Program-made: the position numbers and the translations under genes
Notes under the pieces: model-generated
Databases searched by the model: none
The model's input: the letters and a program-made list of their open reading frames with translations, nothing else
Told to the model about the DNA's origin: nothing
In this document: in pieces, positions 37,173 through 50,638 of the stretch
Numbering within the stretch: the first letter of the stretch is position 1
Layout of the letters: each line of letters opens with the position of its first letter
Source of the DNA: Eledone cirrhosa
Taxonomy: Eukaryota
Reading direction: 5' to 3'
DNA: 64,000 nt
Assembly: GCA_964016885.1 (NCBI GenBank)
Contig: OZ024741.1
Coordinates: 256,060,001 to 256,124,000, forward strand

Positions 37173-40134
37173 GTTTCGCTTTACGAGTGTTTCGACTTAC
37201 GAGTGTTTCGACATACGAGTGTTTCGACTTCCGAATGTTTTTGCTTACGGGTGTTTCGACTTACAAATGTTTCGGCTTACGAGTGTTTCGACTTACGAGT
37301 ATTTCGGCTTACGAGTTTTTCGACGTACGAATGTTTTGGCTTACGAGTGTTTCGGCTTATGAGTGTTTCGGCTTACGAGTGTTTCGACTTACGAGTGTTT
37401 CGGCTTACGTGTGTTTCGACTTACGAGTGTTTCGACTTACGACTGTTTCGGCTTACGAGTGTTTCGGCTTACGAGTGTTTCGGCTTACGAGTGTTCTGAC
37501 TTACGGGTATTCTGACATACGAGTGTTCCGACTTACGAGTGTTTCGGCTTATGAGGGTTTCGACTTACGAGTGCTTCGGCTTACGAGTGTTTCGACTTAC
37601 AAGTGTTTCGACTTACGAGTGTTTCGACTTACGAGTGTTTTGACTTACGGTGTTTCGGCTTACGAGTGTTTCGACATACGAGTGTTTTGACGTACGGGTG
37701 TTTCGACTTACGGGTCTTTCGACTTAAGAGTGTTTCGACTTACGAGCGCTTCGACTTACGAGTGTTTCGACTTACGAGTGTTTCGGCGTATGAGTGTTTT
37801 GACTTACGAGTGTTTCGACTTACGAGTGTTTCGACTTACGAGTGTTTCGAATTACGAGTGTTTCGACTTACGAGTGTTTTGACTTACGAGTGTTTTGACT
37901 TACGGTGTTTCTGCTTACGAGTGTTTCGACTTACGAGTGTTATGACTTACGGGTGTTTTGACATACGAGTGTTTCGACTTACGAGTGTTTTGACTTACGG
38001 GTGTTTTGACATACAAGTGTTTCGATACGAGTGTTCTGACTTACGAGTGTTCTGACTTACGAGTGTTCTGACTTACGAGTGTTTCGACATACGAGTGTTT
38101 TGACTTACGGGTTTTTCGACTTACGAGTGTTTTGACTTACGAATGTTTTGACTTACGGGTGTTTCGGCTTACGAGTGTTTCGACTTACGAGTGTTTCGGC
38201 TTACGAGTGTTTCGACTTATTAATGTTTTTACTTACGAGTGTTTCGGCGTAGGAGAGTTTTGACTTACGAGTGTTTCGACTTACGAGTGTTTTGACTTAC
38301 GAGTGTTTTGACTTAAGGGTGTTTCGACTTACGAGTATTTTTGGCTTACGAGTGTTTCGACTTACGAGTGTTTTGACTTACGAGTTTTCTGATTTACGTA
38401 TGTTTCGACATACGAGTGTTTCGACTTACGAGTGTTTCGACTTATGAGTGTTTCGACTTACGAGTGTTTCGACTTACGAGTGTTTCGGCTTATGATTGTT
38501 TCGACTTACGAGTGTTTTGACTTACGGTGTTTCAGCTTACGAGTGTTTCGACTTACGAGTGTTTTGACTTACGGGTGTTTTGACATACGAGTGTTTCGAT
38601 ACGAGTGTTCTGACTTACGAGTGTTCTGACTTACGAGTGTTCCGACTTACGAGTGTTCCGACTTACGACTGTTTCGGCTTACGAGTGTTTCCGGCTTACG
38701 AGTGTTTCGACTTACGAGTGTTTTGACTTTCGGTGTTTCGGCTTACGAGTGTTTCGACTTACGAGTGTTTTGACTTACGGGTGTTTTGACTTACGGGTGT
38801 TGTGAATTACGAGTGTTCCGATTTACGAGTGTTTTGACTTACGGTGTTTCGGCTTACGAGTGATTCGACTTACGAATGTTTTGACTTACGGGTGTTTCGG
38901 CTTGCGAGTGTTTCGACTTACGAGTGTTTCGGCTTATGAGTGTTTCGACTTACTAATGTTTTTACTTACGAGTGTTCTGACTTACGACTGTTCCGACTTA
39001 CGAGTGTTCCGACTTAAGAGTGTTTCGGCTTACGAGTGTTTCCGGCTTACGAGTGTTTCGACTTACCAGTGTTTCGACTTACGAGTGTTTTGACTTACGG
39101 TGTTTCGACTTACGAGTGATTCGACTTACGAGTGTTTTGACTTACGGGTGTTTTGACTTACGGGTGTTGTGAATTACGAGTGTTCCGATTTACGAGTGTT
39201 TTGACTTACGGTGTTTCGGCTTACGAGTGATTCGACTTACGAATGTTTTGACTTACGGGTGTTTCGGCTTGCTAGTGTTTCGACTTACGAGTGTTTCGGC
39301 TTATGAGTGTTTCGACTTACTACTGTTTTTACTTACGAGTGTTTCGGCGTACGAGTGTTTTGACTTACGAGTGTTTCGAATTACGAGTGTTTTGACTTAC
39401 GAATGTTTTGACATACGGGTGTTTCGGCTTACGAGTGTTTCGACTTACGAGTGTTTCGGCTTGCGAGTGTTTCGACTTACTAATGTTTTTACTTACGAGT
39501 TTTTCGGCGTACGAGTGTTTCGACTTACGAGTGTTTCGACTTACGGGTGTTTTGACTTAAGGGTGTTTCGACTTACAAGTGTTTCGACTTACGAGTGTTT
39601 CGACTTACGAGTGTTCTGACTTACGAGTGTTCTGATTTACGGATGTTTCGACATACGAGTGTTTCGACTTACGAATGTTTCGACTTACGAGTGTTTTGAC
39701 TTACGGGTGTTTTGACATACGAGTATTTCGATACGAGTGTTTCGACTTACGAGTGTTCTGACTTACGAGTGTTCTGACTTACGAGTGTTCTGACTTACGA
39801 GTGTTCTGATTTACGAGTGTTCCGACTTACGAGTGTTTCGGCTTACGAGTGTTTCGGCTTACGAGTGTTTCGACTTACGAGTGTTTCGACTTACGAGTGT
39901 TCCGACTTACGGGTGTTTCGACTTACGAGTGGTTTGGCTTACGGTGTTTCGACTTACGAGTGTTTCGAGTTACGAGTGTTTTGACTTACGCGTGTTTTGA
40001 CATACGAGTGTTTCGATACGAGTGTTCTGACTTACGAGTGTTCTGACTTACGAGTGTTCTGACTTACGAGTGTTCCAACTTTACGAGTGTTTCGGCTCAC
40101 GAGTGTTTCGGCTTACGAGTGTTTCGACTTACGA

Positions 40135-40203
40135 AAATGACAAATAGACGCGGTTTCAAATCTCTATGAATTTCAAATTCATTACATTAATCTTTATTTA
40201 TAC
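40135..40203 (+). repeat. AT-rich island copy 13 (palindromic allele, AAATGAC start)
   Basis: ATGAATTTCAAATTCAT at 40166-40182; equals copy 12 + 3031. Confidence 0.97.
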
Positions 40204-43200
40204 GTTTCGCTTTACGAGTGTTTCGACTTACGAGTGTTTCGACATACGAGTGTTTCGACTTCCGAATGTTTTTGCTTACGGGTGTTTCGACTTACAAATG
40301 TTTCGGCTTACGAGTGTTTCGGCTTACGAGTGTTCCGACTTAGGAATGTTTCGGCTTAGGGGTGTTTCCGGCTTACGAGTGTTTCGACTTACGAGTGTTT
40401 CGACTTTCGAGTGTTTTGACTTACGGTGTTTCGGCTTACGAGTGATTCGACTTACGTGTGTTTTGACTTACGGGTGTTTTGACTTACGGGTGTTGTGAAT
40501 TACCAGTGTTCCGATTTACGAGTGTTTTGACTTACGGTGTTTCGGCTTGCGAGTGTTTCGACTTACGAGTGTTTCGGCTTATGAGTGTTTCGACTTACTA
40601 ATGTTTTTACTTACGAGTGTTTCGGCGTTCGAGTGTTTTGACTTACGAGTGTTTCGACTTACGAGTGTTTTGACTTACGAATGTTTTGACTTACGGGTGT
40701 TTCGGCTTACGGGTGTTTCGACTTACGAGTGTTTCGACTTATGAGTGTTTCGACTTACGAGTGTTCTGACTTACGAGTGTTCTGACTTACGAGTGTTCCG
40801 ACTTACGAGTGTTTCGGTTTACGAGTGTTTCGACATACGAGTGTTTTGACTTACGGGTGTTTCGACTTACGGGTGTTTCGACTTACGAGTGTTTTGGCTT
40901 ACGAGTGTTTCGACTTACTAATGTTTTTACTTACCAGTGTTTCGGTGTACGAATGTTTAGACTTAAGGATGTTTCGACTTACGAGTGTTTCGACTTACGA
41001 GTGTTTCGGCTTACGTGAGTTTCGACTTCAGAGTGTTCTGATTTACGAGTGTTCTGACTTGCGGGTGTTTCGGCTTATGAGTGTTTCGACTTACGAGTGT
41101 TTCGGCTTACGAGTGTTTCGACTTATGGGTGTTTCGACTTACGAGTGTTTTTACTTACGGTGTTTCGGCTTACGAGTGTTTCGACATACGAGTGTTTTGA
41201 CTTACGGGTGTTTCGGCTTACGAGTGTTTCGACTGACGAGTGTTTCGGCTTACGAGTGTTTCGACTTACTAATGTTTTTACTTACGAGTGTTTCGGCGTA
41301 CGAGAGTTTTGACTTACGAGTGTTTCGACTTACGAGTGATTTGATTTACGAATGTTTTGACTTACGGGTGTTTCGGCTTATGAGTGTTTCGACTTACGAG
41401 TCTTTCGGCTTACGAGTGTTTCGACTTACTAATGTTTTTACTTACGAGTGTTTCGGCGTACGAGTGTTTCGACTTACGAGTGTTTCGACTTACGGGTGTT
41501 TTGACTTATGGGTGTTTCGGCTTACGAGTGTTTCGACTTACGAGTGTTTTGACTTACGGGTGTTTCGACTTACGAGTATTTTTGGCTTACGAGTGTTTCG
41601 ACTTACGAGTGTTTTGACTTACGAGTGTTCTGATTTACGGATGTTTCGACATACGAATGTTTCGACTTACGAGTGTTTCGACTTATGAGTGTTTCGACTT
41701 ACGAGTGTTTCGGCTTACGAGTGTTTTGACTTACGAGTGTTTTGACTTACGGTGTTTCGGCTTACGAGTGTTTCGACTTACGATTGTTTTGACTTACGGG
41801 TGTTTTGACATACGAGTGTTTCGATACGAGTGTTCTGACTTACGAGTGTTCTGACTTACGAGTGTTTTGACTTACGAGTGTTCAGACTTACGAGTGTTCC
41901 GACTTACGAGTGTTCCGACTTACGAGTGTTTCGGCTTACGAGTGTTTCCGGCTTACGAGTGTTTCGACTTCCGAGTGTTTTGACTTACGGTGTTTCGGCT
42001 TACGAGTGATTCGACTTACGAGTGTTTTGACTTACGGGTGATTTGACTTACGGGTGTTGTGAATTACGAGTGTTCCGATTTACGATTTTTTTGACTTACG
42101 GTGTTTCGGCTTACAAGTGATTCGACTTACGAATGTTTTGACTTACGGGTGTTTCGGCTTGCGAGTGTTTCGACTTACGAGTGTTTCGGCTTATGGGTGT
42201 TTCGACTTACTAATGTTTTTACTTACGAGTGTTTCGGCGTACGAGTGTTTTGACTTACGAGTGTTTCGACTTACGAGTGTTTCGACTTACGAGTGTTTCG
42301 GCTTACGTGAGTTTCGACTTAAGAGTGTTCTGATTTACGAGTGTTCTGACTTGCGGGTGTTCTGATTTACGAGTGTTCCGATTTACGAGTGTTTCGGCTT
42401 ATTAGTGTTTCGACTTACGAGTGTTTCGGCTTACGAGTGTTTCGACTTATGGGTGTTTCGACTTACGAGTGTTTTTAATTACGGTGTTTCCGCTTACGAG
42501 TGTTTCGACATACGAGTGTTTTGACTTACGGGTGTTTCGACTACGAGTGTTTTGACTTATGAATGTTTTGACTTACGGGTGTTTCGGCTTACGAGTGTTT
42601 CGACTTACGAGGGTTTCGGCTTACGAGTGTTTCGACTTACTAATGTTCTTACTTACGAGTGTTTCGGCGAAGGAGAGTTTTGACTTACGAGTGTTTCGAC
42701 TTACGAGTGTTTCGACTTACGAGTGTTTCGACTTACGGGTGTTTTGACTTACGGTTGTTTCGGCTTACGAGTGTTTTGACTTACGAGTGTTTTGACTTAC
42801 GAGTGTTCTGATTTACGGATGTTTCGACATACGAGTGTTTCGACTTACGAGTGTTTCGACTTATGAGTGTTTCGACTTACGAGTGTTTCGGCTTATGAGT
42901 GTTTCGTCTTACGAGTGCTTCGGCTTACGAGTGTTTCGACTTACGAGTATTTCGGCTTACGAGTGTTTCGACGTACGAATGTTTTGGCTTACGAGTGTTT
43001 CGGCTTATGAGTGTTTCGGCTTACGAGTGTTTCGACTTACGAATGTTTCGGCTTACGAGTGTTTCAGTGTTTCGGCTTACGTGTGTTTCGACTTACGAGT
43101 GTTTCGACTTACGACTGTTTTGGCTTACGAGTGTTTCGGCTTACGAGTGTTTCGGCTTACGAGTGTTTTGACTTACGAGTGTTTTGAGTTACGATTGTTT

Positions 43201-45007
43201 GGCTTACGAGTGTTCTGACTTACGGGTGTTCTGACTTACGAATGTTCCGACTTACGAGTGTTTCGGCTTATGAGGGTTTCGACTTACGAGTGCTTCGGCT
43301 TACGAGTGTTTCGACTTACGAGTGTTTCGGCTTACGAGTGTTTCGACTTACGAGTGTTTCGACTTACGAGTGTTTTGACTTACGGTGTTTCGGCTTACGA
43401 GTGTTTCGACATACGAGTGTTTTGACGTACGGGTGTTTCGACTTACGGGTCTTTCGACTTAAGAGTGTTTCGACTTACGAGCGCTTCGACTTACGAGTGT
43501 TTCGACTTACGAGTGTTTCGGCGTATGAGTGTTTTGACTTACGAGTGTTTCGACTTACGAGTGTTTCGACTTACGAGTGTTTCGAATTACGAGTGTTTCG
43601 ACTTACGAGTGTTTTGACTTACGAGTGTTTTGACTTCGGTGTTTCTGCCTACGAGTGTTTCGACTTACGAGTGTTATGACTTACGGGTGTTTTCACATAC
43701 GAGTGTTTCGACTTACGAGTGTTTTGACTTACGGGTGTTTTGACATACGAGTGTTTCGATACGAGTGTTCTGACTTACGAGTGTTCTGACTTACGAGTGT
43801 TCTGACTTACGAGTGTTTCGACATACGAGTGTTTTGACTTACGGGTGTTTCGACTTACGAGTGTTTTCACTTACGAATGTTTTGACTTACGGGTGTTTCG
43901 GCTTACGAGTGTTTCGACTTACGAGTGTTTCGGCTTACGAGTGTTTCGACTTACTAATATTTTTACTTACGAGTGTTTCGGCGTACGAGAGTTTTGACTT
44001 ACGAGTGTTTCGACTTACGAGTGTTTCGACTTACGAGTATTTTGACTTACGAATGTTTTAACTTACGGGTGTTTCGGCTTACGAGTGTTTTGACTTACGA
44101 GTCTTTCGGCTTACGAGTGTTTCGACTTACTAATGTTTTTACTTACGAGTGTTTCGGCGTACGAGTGTTTCGACTTCCGAGTGTTTCGACTTACGGGTGT
44201 TTTGACTTACGGGTGTATCGGCTTACGAGTGTTTTGACTTACGAGTGTTTTGACTTAAGGGTGTTTCGACGTACGAGGATTTTTGGCTTACGAGTGTTTC
44301 GACTTACGAGTGTTTTGACTTAAGAGTGTTCTGATTTACGGATGTTTCGACATACGAGTGTTTCGACTTACGAGTGTTTCGACTTATGAGTGTTTCGACT
44401 TACGAGTGTTTCGACTTACGAGTGTTTCGGCTTGTGATTGTTTCGACTTACGAGTGTTTTGACTACGGTGTTTCAGCTTACGAGTGTTTCGACTTACGAG
44501 TGTTTTGACTTACGGGTGTTTTGACATACGAGTGTTTCGATACGAGTGTTCTGACTTACGAGTGTTCTGACTTACGAGTGTTTTGACTTACGAGTGTTCT
44601 GACTTACGAGTGTTCCGACTTACGAGTGTTCCGACTTACGAGTGTTTCGGCTTACGAGTGTTTTGACTGAAGGGTGTTTCGACTTACGAGTGTTTCGATA
44701 CGAGTGTTTCGACTTACGAGTGTTTCGGCTTACGAGTGTTTCGACTTACGAGTGTTTCGACTTACGAGTGTTCCGACTTACGGGTGTTTCGAGTTAGGAG
44801 TGTTTTGGCTTACGGTGTTTCGACTTACGAGTGTTTCGAGTTAAGAGTGTTTTTACTTACGAGTGTTCTGATTTACGAGTGTTCTGACTTACGAGTGTTC
44901 TGACTTACGAGTGTTCTGACTTACGAGTGTTCTGACTTACGAGTGTTCCGACTTTACGAGTGATTCGGGTCACGAGTGTTTCGGCTTACGAGTGTTTCGA
45001 CTTACGA

Positions 45008-45076
45008 AAATAACAAATAGACGCGGTTTCAAATCTCTATGCTTTTCAAATTCATTACATTAATCTTTATTCATAC
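45008..45076 (+). repeat. AT-rich island copy 14 (variant TTATTCATAC)
   Basis: One private T>C change. Confidence 0.97.
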
Positions 45077-45823
45077 GTTTCGCTTTACGAGTGTTTCGAC
45101 TTACGAGTGTTTCGACATACGAGTCTTTCGACTTACGAATGTTTTTGCTTACGGGTGTTTCGACTTACGAATGTTTTTGCTTACGAGTGTTTCGGTTTAC
45201 GAGTGTTCCGACTTACGAGTGTTCCGACTTACGAGTGTCTCGGCTTACGAGTGTTTCCGGCTTACGAGTGTTTCAACTTACGAGTGTTCTGACTTACGAG
45301 TGTTCTGATTTACGGATGTTTCGACACACGAGTGTTTCGAATTACGAGTGTTTCGACTTACGAGTGTTTTGACTTACGGGTGTTTTGACATACGAGTGTT
45401 TCGATACGAGTGTTTCGACTTACGAGTGTTCTGACTTACGAGTGTTCTGACTTACGAGTGTTCTTACTTACGAGTGTTCCGACTTACGAGTGTTCCGACT
45501 TACGAGTGTTTCGGCATACGAGTGTTTCGGCTTACGAGTGTTTCGACTTACGAATGTTTCGAATTACGAGTGTTCCGACTTACGGGTGTTTCGACTTACG
45601 AGTGTTTTGGCTTACGGTGTTTCGGCTTACGAGTGTTTCGAGTTACGAGTGTTTTGACTTACACGTGTTTTGACATACGAGTGTTTCGATACGAGTGTTC
45701 TGACTTACGAGTGTTCTGACTTACGAGTGTTCTGACTTACGAGTGTTCTGACTTACGAGTGTTCCGACTTTACGAGTGTTTCGGCTCACGAGTGTTTCGG
45801 CTTACGAGTGTTTCGACTTACGA

Positions 45824-45892
45824 AAATAACAAATAGACGCGGTTTCAAATCTCTATGCTTTTCAAATTCATTACATTAATCTTTATTTATAC
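45824..45892 (+). repeat. AT-rich island copy 15
   Basis: Major allele. Confidence 0.97.
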
Positions 45893-46959
45893 GTTTCGCT
45901 TTACGAGTGTTTCGACTTACGAGTGTTTCGACATACGAGTGTTTCGGCTTACGAGTGTTTTGATTTACGAGTGTTTTGACTTACGGGTGCTTCGACTTAC
46001 GCGTGTTTCGACTTACGAGTGTTTCGACTTACGAGTGTTTCGACTTACGAGTGTTTCGGCTTACGAGTGTTTTGACTTACGAAGTTTTGACTTACGATTG
46101 TTTCAGCTTACGAGTGTTTCGACTTACGAGTGTTCTGACTACGAGTGTTCTGATTTACGGGTGTTCTGACTTACGAGTGTTCCGACTTACGAGTGTTTCG
46201 GCTTATGAGTGTTTCGACTTACGAGTGCTTCGACTTACGAGTGTTTCGGCTTACGGGTGTTTCGACTTACGAATGTTTTTGCTTACGAGTGTTTCGGCTT
46301 ACGAGTGTTTCGGCTTATGAGTGTTTCGACTTACGAGTGTTTTGACTTACGGGTGTTTTGACATACGAGTGTTTCGATACGATTGTTCTGACTTACGAGT
46401 GTTTCCGCTTACGAGTGTTTCGGCTTACGAGTATTTCGACTTACTAATGTTTTTACTTACGAGTGTTTCGGTGTACGAGTGTTTCGACTTAAGGATGTTT
46501 CGACTTACGAGTGTTTCGACTTACGAGTGTTTCGACTTACGAGTGTTTTGGCTTACGAATGTTTTGACTTACGGGTGTTTCGACTTACGAGTGTTTCGGC
46601 TTATGAGTGTTTCGACTTACGGGCGTTTCGACTTACGGGTGTTTCGACTTAAGAGTGTTTTGGCTTACGAATGTTTTGACTTACGGGTGTTTCGACTTAC
46701 GAGTGTTTCGACTTATGAGTGTTTCGACTTACGAGTGTTTCGGCTTATGAGTGTTTCGACTTACGAGTGCTTCGGCTTACGAGTGTTTCGACTTACGAGT
46801 ATTTCGGCTTAAGAGTGTTTCGACGTACGAATGTTTTGGCTTACGAGTGTTTCGGCTTATGAGTGTTTCGGCTTACGAGTGTTTCGACTTACGAGTGTTT
46901 CGGCTTACGAGTGTTTCAGTGTTTCGGCTTACGTGTGTTTCGACTTACGAGTGTTTCGA

Positions 46960-48590
46960 CTTACGACTGTTTCGGCTTACGAGTGTTTCGGCTTACGAGT
47001 GTTTCGGCTTACGAGTGTTTTGACTTACGATTGTTTGGCTTACGAGTGTTCTGACTTACGGGTGTTCTGACTTACGGGTGTTCCGACTTACGAGTGTTTC
47101 GGCTTATGAGGGTTTCGACTTACGAGTGTTTCGACTTACGAGTGTTTCGGCTTACGAGTGTTTCGACTTACGAGTGTTCTGACTTACGACTGTTTCGGCT
47201 TACGAGTGTTTCGGCTTACGAGTGTTTCGGCTTACGAGTGTTTTGACTTACGATTGTTTGGCTTACGAGTGTTCTGTCTTACGGGTGTTCTGACTTACGG
47301 GTGTTCCGACTTACGAGTGTTACGGCTTATGAGGGTTTCGACTTACGAGTGTTTCGACTTACGAGTGTTTCGGCTTACGAGTGTTTCGACTTACGAGTGT
47401 TCTGACTTACGAGTGTTCTGACTTACGAGTGTTCTTACTTACGAGTGTTCCGACTTACGAGTGTTCCGACTTACGAGTGTTTCGGCTTACGAGTGTTTCG
47501 GCTTACGAGTGTTTCGACTTACGAATGTTTCGACTTACGAGTGTTCCGACTTACGGGTGTTTCGACTTACGAGTGTTTTGGCTTACGGTGTTTCGGCTTA
47601 CGAGTGTTTCGAGTTACGAGTGTTTTGACTTACACGTGTTTTGACATACGAGTGTTTCGATAGGAGTGATTCGGCTCACGATTGTTTCGACTTACGAGTG
47701 TTCTGACTTACGAGTGTTCTGACTTACGAGTGTTCCGACTTTACGAGTGTTTCGGCTCACGAGTGTTTCGGCTTACGAGTGTTTCGACTTACGAAAATAA
47801 CAAATAGACGCGGTTTCAAATCTCTATGCTTTTCAAATGCATTACATTAATCTTTATTTATACGTTTCGCTTTACGAGTGTTTCGACTTACGAGTGTTTC
47901 GACATACGAGTGTTTCGGCTTACGAGTGTTTTGATTTACGAGTGTTTTGACTTACGGGTGCTTCGACTTACGCGTGTTTCGACTTACGAGTGTTTCGACT
48001 TACGAGTGTTTCGACTTACGAGTGTTTCGGCTTACGAGTGTTTTGACTTACGATTGTTTCAGCTTACGAGTGTTTCGACTTACGAGTGTTCTGACTACGA
48101 GTGTTCTGATTTACGGGTGTTCTGACTTACGAGTGTTCCGACTTACGAGTGTTTCGGCTTATGAGTGTTTCGACTTACGAGTGCTTCGACTTACGAGTGT
48201 TTCGGCTTACGGGTGTTTCGACTTACGAATGTTTTTGCTTACGAGTGTTTCGGCTTACGAGTGTTTCGGCTTATGAGTGTTTCGACTTACGAGTGTTTCG
48301 ACTTACGAGTGTTTCGACTTACGAGTGTTTCGGCTTACGAGTGTTTTGACTTACGATTGTTTCAGCTTACGAGTGTTTCGACTTACGAGTGTTCTGACTA
48401 CGAGTGTTCTGATTTACGGGTGTTCTGACTTACGAGTGTTCCGACTTACGAGTGTTTCGGCTTATGAGTGTTTCGACTTACGAGTGCTTCGACTTACGAG
48501 TGTTTCGGCTTACGGGTGTTTCGACTTACGAATGTTTTTGCTTACGAGTGTTTCGGCTTACGAGTGTTTCGGCTTATGAGTGTTTCGACT
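46960..48590 (+). repeat. Short tandem duplications of 223 bp (approx. 46960-47408) and 303 bp (approx. 47975-48590)
   Basis: ORF offsets 47158/47381 (223), 48125/48428 and 48276/48579 (303). The 223-bp doublet recurs near 56650 and 61600. Confidence 0.8.
47795..47863 (+). repeat. AT-rich island copy 16 (variant AAATGCATT)
   Basis: One private T>G change. Confidence 0.97.
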
Positions 48591-48947
48591 TACGAGTGTT
48601 TTGACTTACGGGTGTTCTGACTTACGAGTGTTTCGGCTTACGAGTGTTTCGGCTTATGAGTGTTTCGACTTACGAGTGTTTTGACTTACGAGTGTTCCGA
48701 CTTACGAGTGTTTCGGCTTACGAGTGTTTCGGCTTACGAGTGTTTCGACTTACGAATGTTTCGACTTACGAGTGTTCCGACTTACGGGTGTTTCGACTTA
48801 CGAGTGTTTTGGCTTACGGTGTTTCGGCTTACGAGTGTTTCGAGTTACGAGTGTTTTGACTTACACGTGTTTTGACATACGAGTGTTTCGACTTTACGAG
48901 TGTTTCGGCTCACGATTGTTTCGACTTACGAGTGTTTCGACTTACGA

Positions 48948-49016
48948 AAATAACAAATAGACGCGGTTTCAAATCTCTATGCTTTTCAAATTCATTACAT
49001 TAATCTTTATTTATAC
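48948..49016 (+). repeat. AT-rich island copy 17
   Basis: Major allele; shortened upstream cassette with no TTCTGA run. Confidence 0.97.
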
Positions 49017-50569
49017 GTTTCGCTTTACGAGTGTTTCGACTTACGAGTGTTTCGACATACGAGTGTTTCGGCTTACGAGTGTTTTGATTTACGAGTGTTT
49101 TGACTTACGGGTGCTTCGACTTACGCGTGTTTTGACTTACGAGTGTTTCGACTTACGAGTGTTTCGACTTACGAGTGTTTCGGCTTACGAGTGTTTTGAC
49201 TTACGAATGTTTTGACTTACGATTGTTTCGGCTTACGGGTGTTTCGACTTACGAATGTTTTTGCTTACGAGTGTTTCGGCTTACGAGTGTTTCGGCTTAT
49301 GAGTGTTTCGAATTACGAGTGTTTTGACTTACGGGTGTTTTGACATACGAGTGTTTCGATACGATTGTTCTGACTTACGAGTGTTTCCGCTTACGAGTGT
49401 TTCGGCTTACGAGTGTTTCGACTTACTAATGTTTTTACTTACGAATGTTTCGGTGTACGAGTGTTTCGACTTAAGGATGTTTCGACTTACGAGTGTTTCG
49501 ACTTACGAGTGTTTCGACTTACGAGTGTTTCGACTTACGAGTGTTTTGGCTTACGAATGTTTTGACTTACGGGTGTTTCGACTTACGAGTGTTTCGGCTT
49601 ATGAGTGTTTCGACTTACGGGCGTTTCGACTTACGAGTGTTTCGACTTACGAGTGTTTTGGCTTACGAATGTTATGACTTACGGGTGTTTCGACTTACGA
49701 GTGTTTCGACTTATGAGTGTTTCGACTTACGAGTGTTTCGGCTTATGAGTGTTTCGACTTACGAGTGCTTCGGCTTACGAGTGTTTCGACTTACGAGTAT
49801 TTCGGCTTACGAGTGTTTCGACGTACGAATGTTTTGGCTTACGAGTGTTTCGGCTTATGAGTGTTTCGGCTTACGAGTGTTTCGACTTACGAGTGTTTCG
49901 GCTTACGAGTGTCTCAGTGTTTCGGCTTACGTGTGTTTCGACTTACGAGTGTTTCGACTTACGACTGTTTCGGCTTACGAGTGTTTCGGCTTACGAGTGT
50001 TTCGGCTTACGAGTGTTTTGACTTACGATTGTTTGGCTTACGAGTGTTCTGACTTACGGGTGTTCTGACTTACGGGTGTTCCGACTTACGAGTGTTTCGG
50101 CTTATGAGGGTTTCGACTTACGAGTGTTTCGACTTACGAGTGTTTCGGCTTACGAGTGTTTCGACTTACGAGTGTTCTGACTTACGAGTGTTCTGACTTA
50201 CGAGTGTTCTTACTTACGAGTGTTCCGACTTACGAGTGTTCCGACTTACGAGTGTTTCGGCTTACGAGTGTTTCGGCTTACGAGTGTTTCGACTTACGAA
50301 TGTTTCGACTTACGAGTGTTCCGACTTACGGGTGTTTCGACTTACGAGTGTTTTGGCTTACGGTGTTTCGGCTTACGAGTGTTTCGAGTTACGAGTGTTT
50401 TGACTTACACGTGTTTTGACATACGAGTGTTTCGATACAAGTGTTCTGACTTACGAGTGTTCTGACTTACGAGTGTTCTGACTTACGAGTGTTCTGACTT
50501 ACGAGTGTTCCGACTTTACGAGTGTTTCGGCCCACGAGTGTTTCGACTTACGAGTGTTTCGACTTACGA

Positions 50570-50638
50570 AAATAACAAATAGACGCGGTTTCAAATCTCT
50601 ATGCTTTTCAAATTCATTACATTAATCTTTATTTATAC
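50570..50638 (+). repeat. AT-rich island copy 18
   Basis: Major allele. Confidence 0.97.

Larger units (their letters stand above)
34255..40320 (+). repeat. ~3.02-kb tandem duplication
   Basis: Offsets 3015 (35417/38432) and 3031 (36196/39227, 37135/40166), differing by one monomer. Shared rare variants GAGTTTTTCGACG, GGGTTTTTCG and CTTGCTAG. Confidence 0.88.

Noticed and set aside
45662-45667. E-box / CDEI-like CACGTG upstream of many right-side islands
   Set aside because: It is a single variant monomer amplified with its block, absent before most left-side islands, and no CDEIII-like element is visible.
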